A DNA stretch of 64,000 nt, from assembly GCF_964355755.1 (NCBI RefSeq), contig NC_092680.1:21213045-21277044 (forward strand), read 5' to 3'. Below the pieces are notes generated by a model, which searched no databases, was not told the DNA's origin, and saw only the letters and a list, made by a program, of their open reading frames with translations. Below are positions 1 through 13,064 of this stretch, in pieces (the first letter of the stretch is position 1; every line of letters starts with the position of its first letter). A program made the translations under genes and the position numbers. The stretch is from Antedon mediterranea. Its lineage: Eukaryota; Animalia; Echinodermata.

Positions 1-249
1 TGGTGGCATTAGAAAACGTGGTATAAAAAGGGAAGAGTGTATAATTTCACTCTTTCCTGGTATAACGGTATGGAATTTAACTAGACCTGTATGCGAGAAG
101 CTACCGGTTCAAATCTCGCTAGACAATTTTTATAGGGAAATGAAACTTCTATTGATGGACTATGACTGTCACTGATTCAATATTTGAGTATTTTATATAA
201 AACACAGTGAAAGTAATAATATTCGTTCTTATATAGCTTATTGCACAAT

Positions 250-340
250 GCTTCTAAGCGCTGAACACTATTACCCCAGTCATTTTTTAAGCATCAGACA
301 CATGGAAACATACTTGTACTTCCATAATGCAGCTAGTATA
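250..340. repeat. Dispersed repeat fragment (likely SINE) shared with ~42320-42400
   Basis: CTAAGCGCTGAACA(C/T)TATTACCCCAGTCAT occurs at ~254 and ~42323. The SINE identity is inference. Confidence 0.55.
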
Positions 341-1227
341 TTAAAATCAGCGCAAAGTTGTGTCTTGATCTAACCGGGTACCAATTATACACGTCTGGGT
401 GGAGAGAGACAAACGTAAGTTTGTGGTACTTGTGTTCATAATCATAAATAAAGCTATATCCATTTTTAAAATATCGAAAACAAAAATAATTAAATTGATA
501 CGTACCATGCCGCTAAGGCAACTGACTAACTCTGTCTTAACACTTTCCATATTAACACACGGTGTGTATTCCAAATATTAACATTCCATTATTCCGATTG
601 ATATAATCATATATGAAGAATCCCTGGTCATCACAGTACAACAGAGTCGGAGTTCATCTTTACTTATCGAATTTCTTTGACTGCTGTTCCAATACGGGCA
701 CGATCGATTCACTAACAACGACGGCTATTGACACTTTGCTGGAGGGCCAGCCATGTATTACACCGTGAGAGTCCCTATCGATCTGACGGTAAAAGAAGGA
801 GAAAAATTACCGTAAAGGCATCAGGTTAGAACGCACGAAACAAAAGACAACCGAATGCATTGCAGTAGTACCTATGCGCTAACAGTGTCGAGTCAGTTGA
901 TTATTTTTGCAGACAATAGTTCGGTGAACTAATTATGTACAATACATCCATTATAATTATTTTAAAGTCGGGTGCATTTTGGGAACTAATGTTCATGGCT
1001 ATCAAATGACATGATTGACGTATGACCCAGATTAACTTTTGTAATCATATTTAATAAATACATTAAACTTAATTTGCTCTATCAAAGACTGAATTATAAT
1101 AAATTGTGTATTAATATTAGTAGTAGTCTAGATATTATCAGATATATTAGCGTATGTAGGTTTGGTTCACACGCACACAAAGCAATATGCAAATGATTGG
1201 TTCCCAGGATGCAATGCAAAGATGTAA

Positions 1228-1372
1228 AGCTTGGTTCCCATTGACGTAACGCAAGGACGTAAGCGCAACGCAAGCGAGTTGATTATTGACAACAACCTGA
1301 TGTATTGTGTCGAGATTGGTAAAATTACTTGCGCTGCGCTTACGTTGCGTCGTCCTAGTGGGAACCACGCTT
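1228..1372. mobile_element. MITE family B copy (further degenerate pieces to ~1535)
   Basis: AGCTTGGTTCCCA..ACGCAAGGACGTAAGCGCAACGCAAG..TAGTGGGAACCACGCT. Confidence 0.8.
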
Positions 1373-2895
1373 TTGCGATGGATTATTTGAACTGTAGCTT
1401 GTCATTGGCCAACTCGATTGCGTTTACGTCCCTGCATGAGTGATAACCAAACTTAAGGACGACACAAAATATAAAGGACATTTCAAATCATCCGTCGCTT
1501 TTAATTGGTCAAGCTTACTTCGTGCGTTGCGTGTGTTAGTATTATATTAAGAGCGCAACTCTCCTCCCCTCCCCCAACAAATCAAATGTTTAGTACTATG
1601 TAGATTTAGGAGATATAATACATTGTGTCTTGGTTGTCAGTTGGTGAATTAGTCTGTCAGACCCTCAATCACCCTCAGTAGTAGTGGCTTCGTCTCAGTA
1701 GCAAGTCATTAGGCAACGCTGACCTGTCCTGGCTGTGTTTGTGAAACTAAACTCATGCAATTACGTGGGTTGCTATTCAAACAGAGTTCTGACTACATCT
1801 ATGTAATCATGTTCTGTAACATTAAAGTCCTATGACATTAACCAACATACGTTCTATGACATTAACTAAAATGTTAAACAAAATTTATAGTATTCAATTA
1901 ATTCCGCATGACATTTTGTTAAGTTACTTGGATAACGGTAACTTTGAACTACGATTAAAGAAATAATAATCATTATATAACACCTAAATACATTACTGTC
2001 ATTTGATTGGACGAGTGTGGGTCACATGGCGTGCATTAGTACGCACTATTGAACGGTCGCATTCAATCAGGGAAGAGTGCCTTCTTTGATATCATAATTA
2101 TAATATTTAAAATTTTAAAAACTATTATACTCCATGGTAAACACTAGTAATATTGTAAAGCTGAATTTGGCTCATCATAATGTAAATTGAGTTTGCAACG
2201 TGATAACGAGATTAAGGTTGGCAAGCTTACACTGAAATATCAAACACGCTGCTGAATTAAATCAATTTGTCGTACAATTAATTCACTACTTAAAATTTTG
2301 TGTCAATCAAATGGCAGATTTTATACGACATTAATTAATACGGCATGTTACATATCATTCATAGATAATAATGTGGATATTACAAACATTGTGGTTTGAA
2401 TTGCAAACAAAATGGCTATAGGATAATTTTTATTGTACGTCATTAATCAACTCCGATGTTGCATGTTATTGCGCACAACACAAACGCGTTCAATTATCTC
2501 TTTTAGAGCTTAGACGGAACAGAAACAGTTTGATCTTTCTTGACCAGTATAAATGTTCTATTGTTCAATTAATTTGATTAGAAGCATAAATGAGTTTTTG
2601 TTTGTTGTTTAAAGCTTAGACTTAGCTTTTCGTAGCTGGAATATCTAAGTAAGAGAATTGATGCTCGCCCGGAATCACAACATTACGACTGTGAAAACAC
2701 ACCATGTTTGTATATATATTGTATACATTTTTTAACGTACGGGTGAGTTTTAAAACAAAGTGAAAAATGTGTTGCAATGGCTGTATTCCACTCATGATGC
2801 AAAAAGAAAACATAATAAACATTATTGTGTCTTCTGACAACAAACGCTATCACATGGGAAACTGCTCGACACAATGACGTAGGCAGGCTGTGTAA

Positions 2896-3040
2896 AGCTT
2901 AGTTCCCATTTACATGCATTTACAGACACAACGCAAGTGAATTGACCAATCATAAGCAACAGTTCGGATGATGCATCACCTCATGATTGGTTAAATTGCA
3001 CACGGCGCGCTTACATCCTTGTGTTGCGTCCACGTAACTC
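2896..3040. mobile_element. MITE family B degenerate copy
   Basis: AGCTTAGTTCCCA..CAACGCAAGTGAATTGACCAATCA..TGTGTTGCGTC. Confidence 0.7.
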
Positions 3041-3935
3041 CATACACACCTCCAATATATAACTCCGATATGTTTCAGATTAAGGCACAACTGACATTTG
3101 AACTTCCAATCCAGATAATAACGAAATACACGATTTGTAACCGGTCTGCGTACGTGTGAACGCAGGTGACTTGCCCAAAGTTTCTATTTATTGTGTCCAC
3201 CAGTAGAAATGTCGAGTTTTGTAAAATTTACAAGCGCAAGTAGTATGAGACGCCTTATGTGCCAAAATATTTATTTTTTTATTAATAATAAGTCAGAACT
3301 CCGTATGAAACCCAGACACAGGCTAAATTGCAAGATTGATGTAATGCTGATAGAAAAAAGAGTGCGTAAACATAGTAGCTATAATGACTAATGAATGCAA
3401 TGGATAGGGAGCAGTAAAACCACTCCATCACCTAGTTTGTTTGGTAGACTATGTTTGACGACAAGCATGAGATCTATAAACACAAAGCACATAATAAATG
3501 AATTAGACTGTGTTTGCTGTTGGGCATTTCGACGACATACTCAGCAGTCACGGAGGAATTGCGGCACAAATTGAGATATAGGTCAGTTTGGCATGTTCAT
3601 TTTGGTCAATATCCCGAGTTTTAAGGATATTTCAGTGTTATATCGTTTCTCCATAATCATTAACATTACATCTATGTTGGCTGTTGGCATGGTAGTTGTA
3701 ATTACGTTAGTAAAAAAGAAAATATTTGTTAAGAAATCGTAGCCTACATTAAGAATAGGTAATGCTGAATTATTCAAATTTAAAAATGAAAAACAAAAAA
3801 GTGTGTTAACGTTAAGAGCGCAAACCGTGGACCTAATGTTCGATCGTAATTTTTAAAATACCAGACCGTTACTCGACGCATTCTCTACATTAATTTAGTA
3901 CGTTAGTTTTACATAAAATCAAGTTAGGATATCCA

Positions 3936-4045
3936 ATGATTACCGATAATTGCCGATATAGTGATTACCGATGATTACCAATAATTGCCGATGATTATTG
4001 ATGATTACCGATGATTATCGATAATTGCCGATGATTTTCGCTGAT
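3936..4045. repeat. Degenerate 10-bp tandem repeat (ATGATTACCG/ATAATTGCCG)
   Basis: About 10 visible copies. Confidence 0.85.
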
Positions 4046-7000
4046 GACCAATTCATTAATGTATGCTCGCCGACACACAATGTGACCGATTCATGTATCA
4101 TGGTATAGGCCTAAAATATCCATCATGATATTTTATCATTTAAATTGATAAAATTAATATTATAATATACATCCACTAAGCTGTTACAATTACGAGTGTT
4201 TATGCATTCGTACGCTCTCACAAAACATGACATTTAGTTCATTTGTATTTGAATCATACGTTAGGGAAATAAATTTTCCAAACGAACCATAAACTTCAAC
4301 AAAACTAATCAGTCGCCGTGAAAGATAACTAGAAATATAGTAATTAAACATTCAATTTCCATACATTTGAAAATAAAGGACACACGACTCTTATTTATTT
4401 ATCTACTTGATCTTGATAAATAGTCATTTTAAATTGAAGCATCGCAACATCAACATCCAATTAAATTTAGTTGTTCATCCGAAACTAGCATTAAATTTAT
4501 TGTTTTTTTCCTGTGTGTTGGTTGTTACGCACATTGACTTTTTTCTTGCATTACGCACATGGACTATACGACTGGATGACACATCGGTGACCTTTGGTAA
4601 TTCATTGACATTTCCAGATATAGTAACCAAACATTCGCTAGATTCAAAATCATAGTTCTTATAACTTAAACTGTGTTATGGTGATCGATTTTGATCGATT
4701 ATAGCAGACGTAAATAAATCACGGGAAGTGTAGGACACTGGAGGACGTACTCCCGCTGATGAATATTTGACAGAACAGATTGATGTCATAACACAATTCA
4801 CTGGTAAGAAGTACGGGGCGCCGTTCGAGACACGGAAACTATAAAGGAGCATCAAAACAATCATGGGGTTAATTTTGTATAACTACCGATTAATTACGTT
4901 TTTCTTACTATTTTTATATACAATATTTGTTGACGTATTGTGACGTGTTGAAACCACATAGTGACAACTGCTTTAAAGAACTACATAGAGAACAATGAAT
5001 ATAATTACAATTATCATTAATTAATAATTAATATTGCAACGTATAAATATGAAATGAAAATCAAACAATCAACCATTGCCGTTTTTTCTATATAAAGCTT
5101 ACATACATTAGTTGCCATTAACGTTCACAAATTTAGCAATTATCAATAATAACCATTAGGTTAACAATCAATTAGAAACGATTAGCATACGAATAAGGCA
5201 AACATAAATTGCTCACCAGCGGTACGCTTGCAACCATGCCAAAATAACGTGTAGTGTACGATATAATACAGATATATATATATACAGATTCGAATTTATA
5301 GATATTGCCATTATGTCGCTTTTATCAATTTTTTCATAAAGGTCTATCGGTAAATTAAAAAATGGACGTAAGACGGAGTGATGAAAAAAAGAAGAAACTG
5401 GAAGAACAACTAATAATTGAGGCGCGCGCATGTGTCGTCGAGGATCACAAGTACATCGTCGAGGATGTAGACAAAGAGGGTACAGTAAATTATTATTAAC
5501 GTTCCATATTTACTGACTCTTATATTTTTCATATAAATAAATAAAAAGGCGTTGGCAATCGTTTCATGTAAAGGGATTTCAATGCATGGCAGAAAACGGA
5601 GTTTAAATTTGGAATATATCAGGAATAGAAAGAAATATATTGAGCCTATACCCGCCGCGGTTTTACCATCACTCTCCAAATATACAAGAACTTCAGTGAT
5701 TGGTCAGTTTTCTCTGTATTTGCTACTACTTTACAAAAAAGAGCGAGTATTGATTGTTGGACCGTTTTTGTCTTTATTGAAAAGTGGTTTCTAATCTGTT
5801 CAAAATGATGATATTGATTACTGCCGCTTTTTGTAAAACTACTTTTTCCACAAGCAGATGTGTGGCCATTTGAAACAAAACTGTGGTTTTTTTTCCTCAA
5901 AGGCACATGCAAACATATTGTTTTCAATTAGTGTAAATTGACCTTTATTGACCTTAGAACAATCAATAATTACACAACTCATTCAATATTTGCGTTAAAT
6001 ATAAAATACAAAAAATGACATCAGTACACGGTATTATAGCCACTTCAACTGCAATCACATTCTGCAACCGCACTCTCGGCCGCCGCAACCGCACATTCAT
6101 GGTCTACGCAATAGCTTCGCGATTCTACAACCACGTACTAAAAACAACAAATGCGTGTCATTACATCATGCAACATTCATTGCTACATACAGCTGCGCCT
6201 ATCAGCTGCATTTATTAGCCTATTGACAGAGGATTGATAAAATAAACAAGAAAGATTTCAAAGCATGCATACGTTATGAACTTAGCAGGCGTGCGTTGTT
6301 TGTTGTTTATTAAGACTTTCCGTCATAAATGCTCGCCGCTTACATTAGAGCACGAAAACAAACGTTTAATCATCATTATAAAGAGTGGGGTGGTGTTGAG
6401 TTACTTTATGCAGTCACAATTACTTTAAAATATTAAAAGCATAGTATTGTATTAACCACTCTATTGCAGGATTGTCATGTAACAATGCATTATTCGGCTT
6501 TATATTTTACATCAATTTGCTACAACTGTATATTTAGTAAATATTTTCATTTCAAAAGTTTGATAAGCAATAATAGGAAACATGTTTTGTAGGGCCTACC
6601 ACATTTTATTTGTTTTGATCATGTGAGAAGGAGCATTCATTTGGCTACGCACACTCAGTTGGTGAATAGTTTCTTTCTCATCCTGAATCATAGTGTGAAC
6701 ACTTTTTAAAATAATCCTTCTTCAATTATTTACATAGGCCTAAAGTGTAATGCAATCGAATGAATGTAGTCCTAACTGGTTTCACCTTTAGCAGGCCTAA
6801 TGGTTGTCTATCCCTCAGGGTCTTGCTCACGGTGTCTAACTACTTTTGTCGGCCAATCACTGCACACAAGCTCGTGGAATGCTAAGACGTTCATACATTG
6901 GTTACATTAGTAAACATTGGTGCTTTCATCATGGTGTGAATGTATCTATTACATCCATAGATTATTAATCTTATCAGGCAACATTTGTAAAGCTGTCTTT

Positions 7001-7532
7001 AATTATGCAGAAGTTTTGTTCACCAGAATAATTCACACAAATTAGTAGGCCTACTGATCCATAATGTTTACGGCACGCAAATTTCCCGGCCAATTTCAGA
7101 TCAAAATTACGAGTGTAATTGTATCGTATTAGTAGTGTAGGCAGAGGGGGGTTACCGTGCTCTCCATGAGCATGAAACCATAGTTGACAATGAACTGTGG
7201 AAAATACTCTCTGAATTTTAACATTAAAAAATGACGGTACCAAAAAATGGTATTTACTCGATTTAAGATAACATCACCTTAAGCCTTTCTCAGTTATCAG
7301 GAGAAAGTTTAGTATTCGTTATGCCAGGCTATGAGACTTCTTAACATATCTTACATTCCTAAAACTCGACGGTCCACAGAAACGATTATCTTTTAAAAAC
7401 ACTCGCTCGAGTCCAAAATAAACATTCCACTCTATATGGCATTTAAATCGGTACCGGTAAATGATACTAAGAAGAAAGACAAAAACCGGCTTGGCGCAGA
7501 AACCTATAACGCGGCGGTACAAACATTACTTT

Positions 7533-7659
7533 AAGTTAGGTTTCCATCGTAACGTACGCAACGATGATTTGACCAATCACAAGCGATGGATGAAACAATG
7601 GTTTGTCATTGGTCAAATCGCTTACGTCCTGCGTTGCGTCTATAGTGGGAACCATGCTT
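7533..7659. mobile_element. MITE family B copy (another degenerate copy at ~9078-9205)
   Basis: TTGACCAATCACAAGCGATGG..CTTACGTCCTGCGTTGCGTCTATAGTGGGAACCATGCT. Confidence 0.75.
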
Positions 7660-9629
7660 TCACAAATAAAGTTGCTTGCGTTGTTGTCATTAAGTTTTAC
7701 TTCAGGTTATGTCCAGAATATCTTACATTGGTTGTTGTCCATACATGATACATTTGTTTTTACCCGAAGATATTATTAAAGTTCATATGAAATACTAATA
7801 ATAAGAAATTCGACAGTATTGACGTCAATCCTTTTCAAGTAGAAAAATAATATAACGTCTAAACCATTAGAACGATACACGCCAAAAGCACAGTTTTATT
7901 TAAAGATATATCAGGCTTATAACAAGGACGAAATAAACAAATTCTAGAAGGATAGGAAGCCATGGATATACTGTACAATATGTAGGCCTGCGGTACCTCA
8001 AGAGTAAACGGTGCTCTTAGCTAATATTTTTAATTTAGGAATTTTCAAGGATATTATATCAGCGAACTATTTCACAGTACAAACATACAGATTATAAGAT
8101 TCTATACAAAAGAGTGAGTCTTTAGAAGTTGACTTTAACCAACAACATAAATTTGTACACTGCTATATCATAACTAAAATTAACATTGGAAGTATATACG
8201 TCAACATAACAGCACCAATTACACGTAAATTGGTTTACCTTGTTTTATCTTAATTAATGGAAATATTTGCATGAGTCAATTTTAACTCTCTGATCTCAGC
8301 TAATGTACCGAGAGTAATCCTATAATCCATACTGTAATACTGATGTTATATTATGGAACCTTGGAAGTCAATTCTATAAATGAACTGACTTGCACTTAAA
8401 CCTGGCACATACGGGTACTCAGAAGAGATACACACATGACGAAATGACATTCAACTTGCGCGTACAGAACTTCAGCATGACGCAACCCCAAATAGACGCG
8501 CTGTTGTTTTCTATCAAATTATATCATTTAAACGTTATTTCCTCTATCATAAACAAATACCCGCTGATTTTCTCATTATTCCATTATCGACAAAAATGTT
8601 TAAATAATTTGATGATGCCGATGACGTAATCCATTTCCGCGCGCATGCGCAAGATGGCGGAAGGTTTCAATTTCTTAAAAACATAACGTTAATGGATTGT
8701 GTAACCTGTTAAAGTGATTGTAGCTTTCTGCTGTTAGACATGCAAAATTATTCGATAATATTTAATTAAATTAAACTTTGTATTGCCGAATGATGACGTC
8801 ACGTGGTTTGATTGTTGCAAAATGTCATGCTCATAATTACAACTTCATAATATGTCTCAAATAATACAAATTATAAAATGAAAGAAAGCAGAATACATAA
8901 ATTGAAAATATTGTTAATCGTAAACGAAATGATGTATATTATTTATAGGCCTTGTCTTTTATGGTTAAAATTAACTGTTTATTTTGTCTTTTTTTGTAAT
9001 AAGAGATATTACTATTTTTGCCGGCAAATTCATCCTTATTGTTAATGTTGGAGGCACAATAAATTTAAGTGATGGTTAGGTTATTGTGGACGCATCGCAA
9101 CGACGGGCGCAACGCAATGAAAGTTAATCAATCAAAGTGACAGTTTCGGACTGTCCATCCCACGTGATTGGTCACATATCTTGCGGTATACGCTTACGTC
9201 CTACCTACGAAACGCCATATGTGCCAAAATATTAATTTTTTTACTAACATTAAGTAGAAAAAACAGTCTGGAACCCAGACCAACGTCCGAACTATTTATA
9301 TCCACGTGACACCCGACTCGCGTACTTCTGGAACGTGACATCTATAAACAAACGTGAACCATAAACCAACTCGTTTGTAAAAGAAAATATTTTAATTGCG
9401 TGATTATAAAATTGTCTACATTAGGACAGTTCAGTGGCGTGCTGACGTCACACGGAAGCGTACTATTGAAGTGAGCACGTGTTTACTATTATTAAATAAC
9501 GATAATGACGATGCAGGTGGAAAGGCAAATATTATTAATAGAGATGGAAACAGCATTTTACCCCACGGTGACAGATGTAATAATATAACTTACCGGTGTA
9601 ACACTTTCGATCCAAACTTGCTCGATCCA

Positions 9630-9828
9630 AGCTTTGTCTACACTATCAAACAAGTTTGACAAAAAAAAAGTGTGATGTGCCCAAATATGGTAGTGATATG
9701 CTTAAATATGGTAGTGATATGACATCATGTCAAAAAATGTTACTTTGATTGATTGATTGATTGATGTCTGTCTATATGGGCAAATCACATTTTTTTTCCA
9801 CATATTTGTTTGACAGTGGCAAGGCTTT
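9630..9828. mobile_element. MITE family A copy
   Basis: AGCTTTGTCTACACTATCAAAC..GTGATGTGCCCAAATATGGTAGTGATATG; right end degenerate. Confidence 0.8.
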
Positions 9829-11711
9829 GTGTAGTACTAAATTAAGGATTCCATATAATTACACTTCTTATCTAAACAAAATACTAGACAGAGTATCTAT
9901 AGGAATTTAACACTTTATCTTCATAATATTAGGCCTACATTAATTCGTCTACGGACGGCCAATGGTCTAATTGTCGACGAAGATGATGACGCCGTTCCCC
10001 TTATGGAATCTTACGTCCCACCAGAATGTAGTCTGCTCATTTACCATATTTGGTTGATCTATTTTTTGTATTAAAGATCTTGAGAATTATTGACGAAATT
10101 AATTTGATTGTGACTAAAAGTTGGTGTGATTTATCCGACTTTAACCAAATCGGTTTTCTGCGCCGCGCACTGATTGCGTATCCAACTTAATTATGACGCG
10201 ACGCGCTTTGTTAGAAAGTACTTAAGTGCTGTGCGACGCGCTTTTACGTAGAGTACCTACCGTACAATCTCTCTACAGGTACCTTTCTAATCCAACTTCA
10301 ATTTTGGTATGGTAGTTCGACATGAACCATTTTGGATGTATAATATAGTCAGTCAACTAATATGTTCAAATGTTAAATTATAACAATGGGAGAGCCAACG
10401 TATAAATGCCCATTCAAGTTGTAAAATTCTTAGCTTTGTTAAGGTTAAGTTTAGTTATTGATTGTCGACAACAACCTGGCCGGAAGTACCATATCCCTTT
10501 AGATAGATGGTAGACTGGATAGTGAGAATCGAAAGCCTTCCTGTAGTGTTACATTGATTCCCGTTTAAACGGACACTTTCCTTATTAGTTAGAACCTAAA
10601 CAAAGATTATTTGAACCACTCATCATATCATAATTTAATATAACGGCAAATATAAATTATAATAATGCATCGATTCCACGCGCGCGCGTGCATGGGACAT
10701 GTACGCACGCAGTCCAATTTAATTTATTGATTGGAATTTCTACAAAAGTGATACAAGAGATAATACTATGGGCGGCCATTGGGCCAAAATAGCCAAACGT
10801 TGGCGTACGAACAATTCCGCTCCCGTAGCCAAACAAATGGCGCTAAAGACATCGTAAGTAACTCACCCAACGTCCCTGACAGTTTTTTTATGTTGAACTT
10901 CTTGATGTGAACACTAAAAATCAGCATTACCATCGATAATATTATGAATTACAATTTAACCAGTAAAGTTGAATATGTCCACTGGTGCGAGGATAATGGG
11001 TTCAGTAATTATATCAAAGCTTCTAGAGGTCGAAATAATAACACCGTGTTATTAACAATCGTTAGGTTTACAGGTACCATGGAAACAACAACAGTTGGAT
11101 GAACAGTGGTAAATTATTGCTATAAAAATACCGGACTTAAAAATAATATAGGCCTACATCGAAATTGGTTGCTGAGTTGCGTGGAAACGAACTGAAGTAC
11201 CTTAAAATACTGTTTATGATAGTGACGCGACAAACTTAATCGTAACAATTATACAAAAAAACAATACTTCATTAATAATAATATAATATATTAAGTCAAA
11301 ATTGCTTCGATTAAAATCAAACCATTTCGGGACGCATGCATTGAAAATAATTTACCTTAATGTTACCTTATTCGAGAGCTATGGAATCCAAGAGCACTCC
11401 ACGTTATGTTCCTAGATACATTATTAATGTCATTCAGTTATTGTCACATTCAAGATAACAGGAAGGTATCTGTCGCTACGCCTCATCTGTCACTTTCTCG
11501 TATTCAAATGGTCACGTCACAATTCCAAATCAGCGTCGATATACGATAGACAGCGGGCGCTCTCCCTGTCACTACGCTGTTGAGAAATGTTAAAATACGG
11601 CAAACGGAATTGGCGTTTGATGTAGTAAATTTGGTGGCGGTGTTCAAAAACACGACTTTAAAAGTTGATTTTTAATTGTTTTATTATGAATAAGTTAGTC
11701 AATTTAAGTTA

Positions 11712-11856
11712 AGCTCTGTCTACAAACTTTATGTGTCAAATAAATGTATATATTGACATAATGATGTCATATAACTAACCATGTTTGTGCATATCACTAC
11801 CATTTGGGCACATCACATTTTGTTGTCACATAAAGTTTGATAGTGTAGACATAGCT
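11712..11856. mobile_element. MITE family A (PIF/Harbinger-type, Tourist-like)
   Basis: TIR AGCTCTGTCTACA..TGTAGACATAGCT with TTA on both sides (11709-11711, 11857-11859). Confidence 0.85.
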
Positions 11857-12441
11857 TTATTTATTGACGATTAAAAATTAAGTTCCTTGTACAGTATTGT
11901 ATGTTTTTGAAAAAATCAGTAAAAATAAATGTCTGCATGTCCGAAAATGGATATAATATTTGATATAAAATGGGGTAGAGACTTTTTTTTCTGAATACAG
12001 AAAAAAATAGAGAGCGTCTATCGTATTCTAGTTTCAATCATAATATCATTCAAATATAAAAAACAAAACAAAAAACAATAAACATAGAGTATAATTTAAC
12101 TGTTACTGATTATTTCTATTTATTTAGCAAAGAATGTATATACATTTGAAAACGAACAGTAACTTCAATTGGTACATTCTGGTAAAAGAGCAGAGTATCT
12201 TAAGACACAATGAGAGAATGGCTTACATCATGCAATGGACATTAAGACTGGAATATTAAAATAAGTGGGTGTTTTATATCCTAGCTAGAAATACTGTTTA
12301 TTAAAAACATGGGCTTCTTTATTTCTACAAAAACGAATGTTGAATGTTATTTTATTTTAATAATAATTTTCAACCTAAATGATGTTTATACTAAATAAGA
12401 TACTAAATGTAAATCATGCAAAATGTTACTGAATGTTGTTA

Positions 12442-12778
12442 TGCACTTGTCAATTGTATGACTCACTATACGACCCCCGGGAGAGGTGCGTCATGGGTGC
12501 GTCATTTACAAATAATTACTGACGCAGGGGTGCGTCAAAAAACCTAGATGGTACGTCACATCAATGAACAAGGTGTGTCAATGTCCGTCACTTTACCACC
12601 CACCATATCATAAACAACATGGTCACAGTGCGTCAAAATGGGTACGTCATGGTCACCTAAAGGTTAAGTCACCTTTTTGACGAACGGGTGCGTCATGGTA
12701 TTCAAAAGTATGACGCACATCGGACAAATGACGCACCTCTCCCGGGGGGGGGGGGGGGTCATACAATTAACAAGTGCA
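12442..12778. mobile_element. Palindromic MITE (family C) downstream of the RPA2 stop codon
   Basis: TIR TGCACTTGTCAATTGTATGAC..CCCCCGGGAGAGGTGCGTCAT / ATGACGCACCTCTCCCGGGGG..GTCATACAATTAACAAGTGCA, flanked by TTA on both sides. Many internal TGCGTCA/TGACGCA repeats. Confidence 0.85.
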
Positions 12779-13064
12779 TTAGCACATGAGAAGCAACTTA
12801 TGTGCCATCCCCATAGAGGTGTTGTCATCAAACCTAGAGTGTCAACCTCGGCATAATTGAGTAGTTGACACTCTAGTAGTTTACTATGATTTCCCACAAA
12901 CCAACAGCTCTGTATTTCTCACATTATTAGCATTTTCTAATGTTAGCTCACTTTGATTTCAAAACAAAAGATAAATATGAAACTGAAAGTGTCACCAAGA
13001 AAGTTGCTTATGATTGTTTTTCTTGTATCGATGATGTCATCATAGTCAAAATCATCATAATCAT

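Noticed and set aside
347-800. Minus-strand exon-like segments (acceptors near 395 and 783)
   Set aside because: The reading frames close after a few dozen codons and match no protein I recognise, so a gene call cannot be supported.
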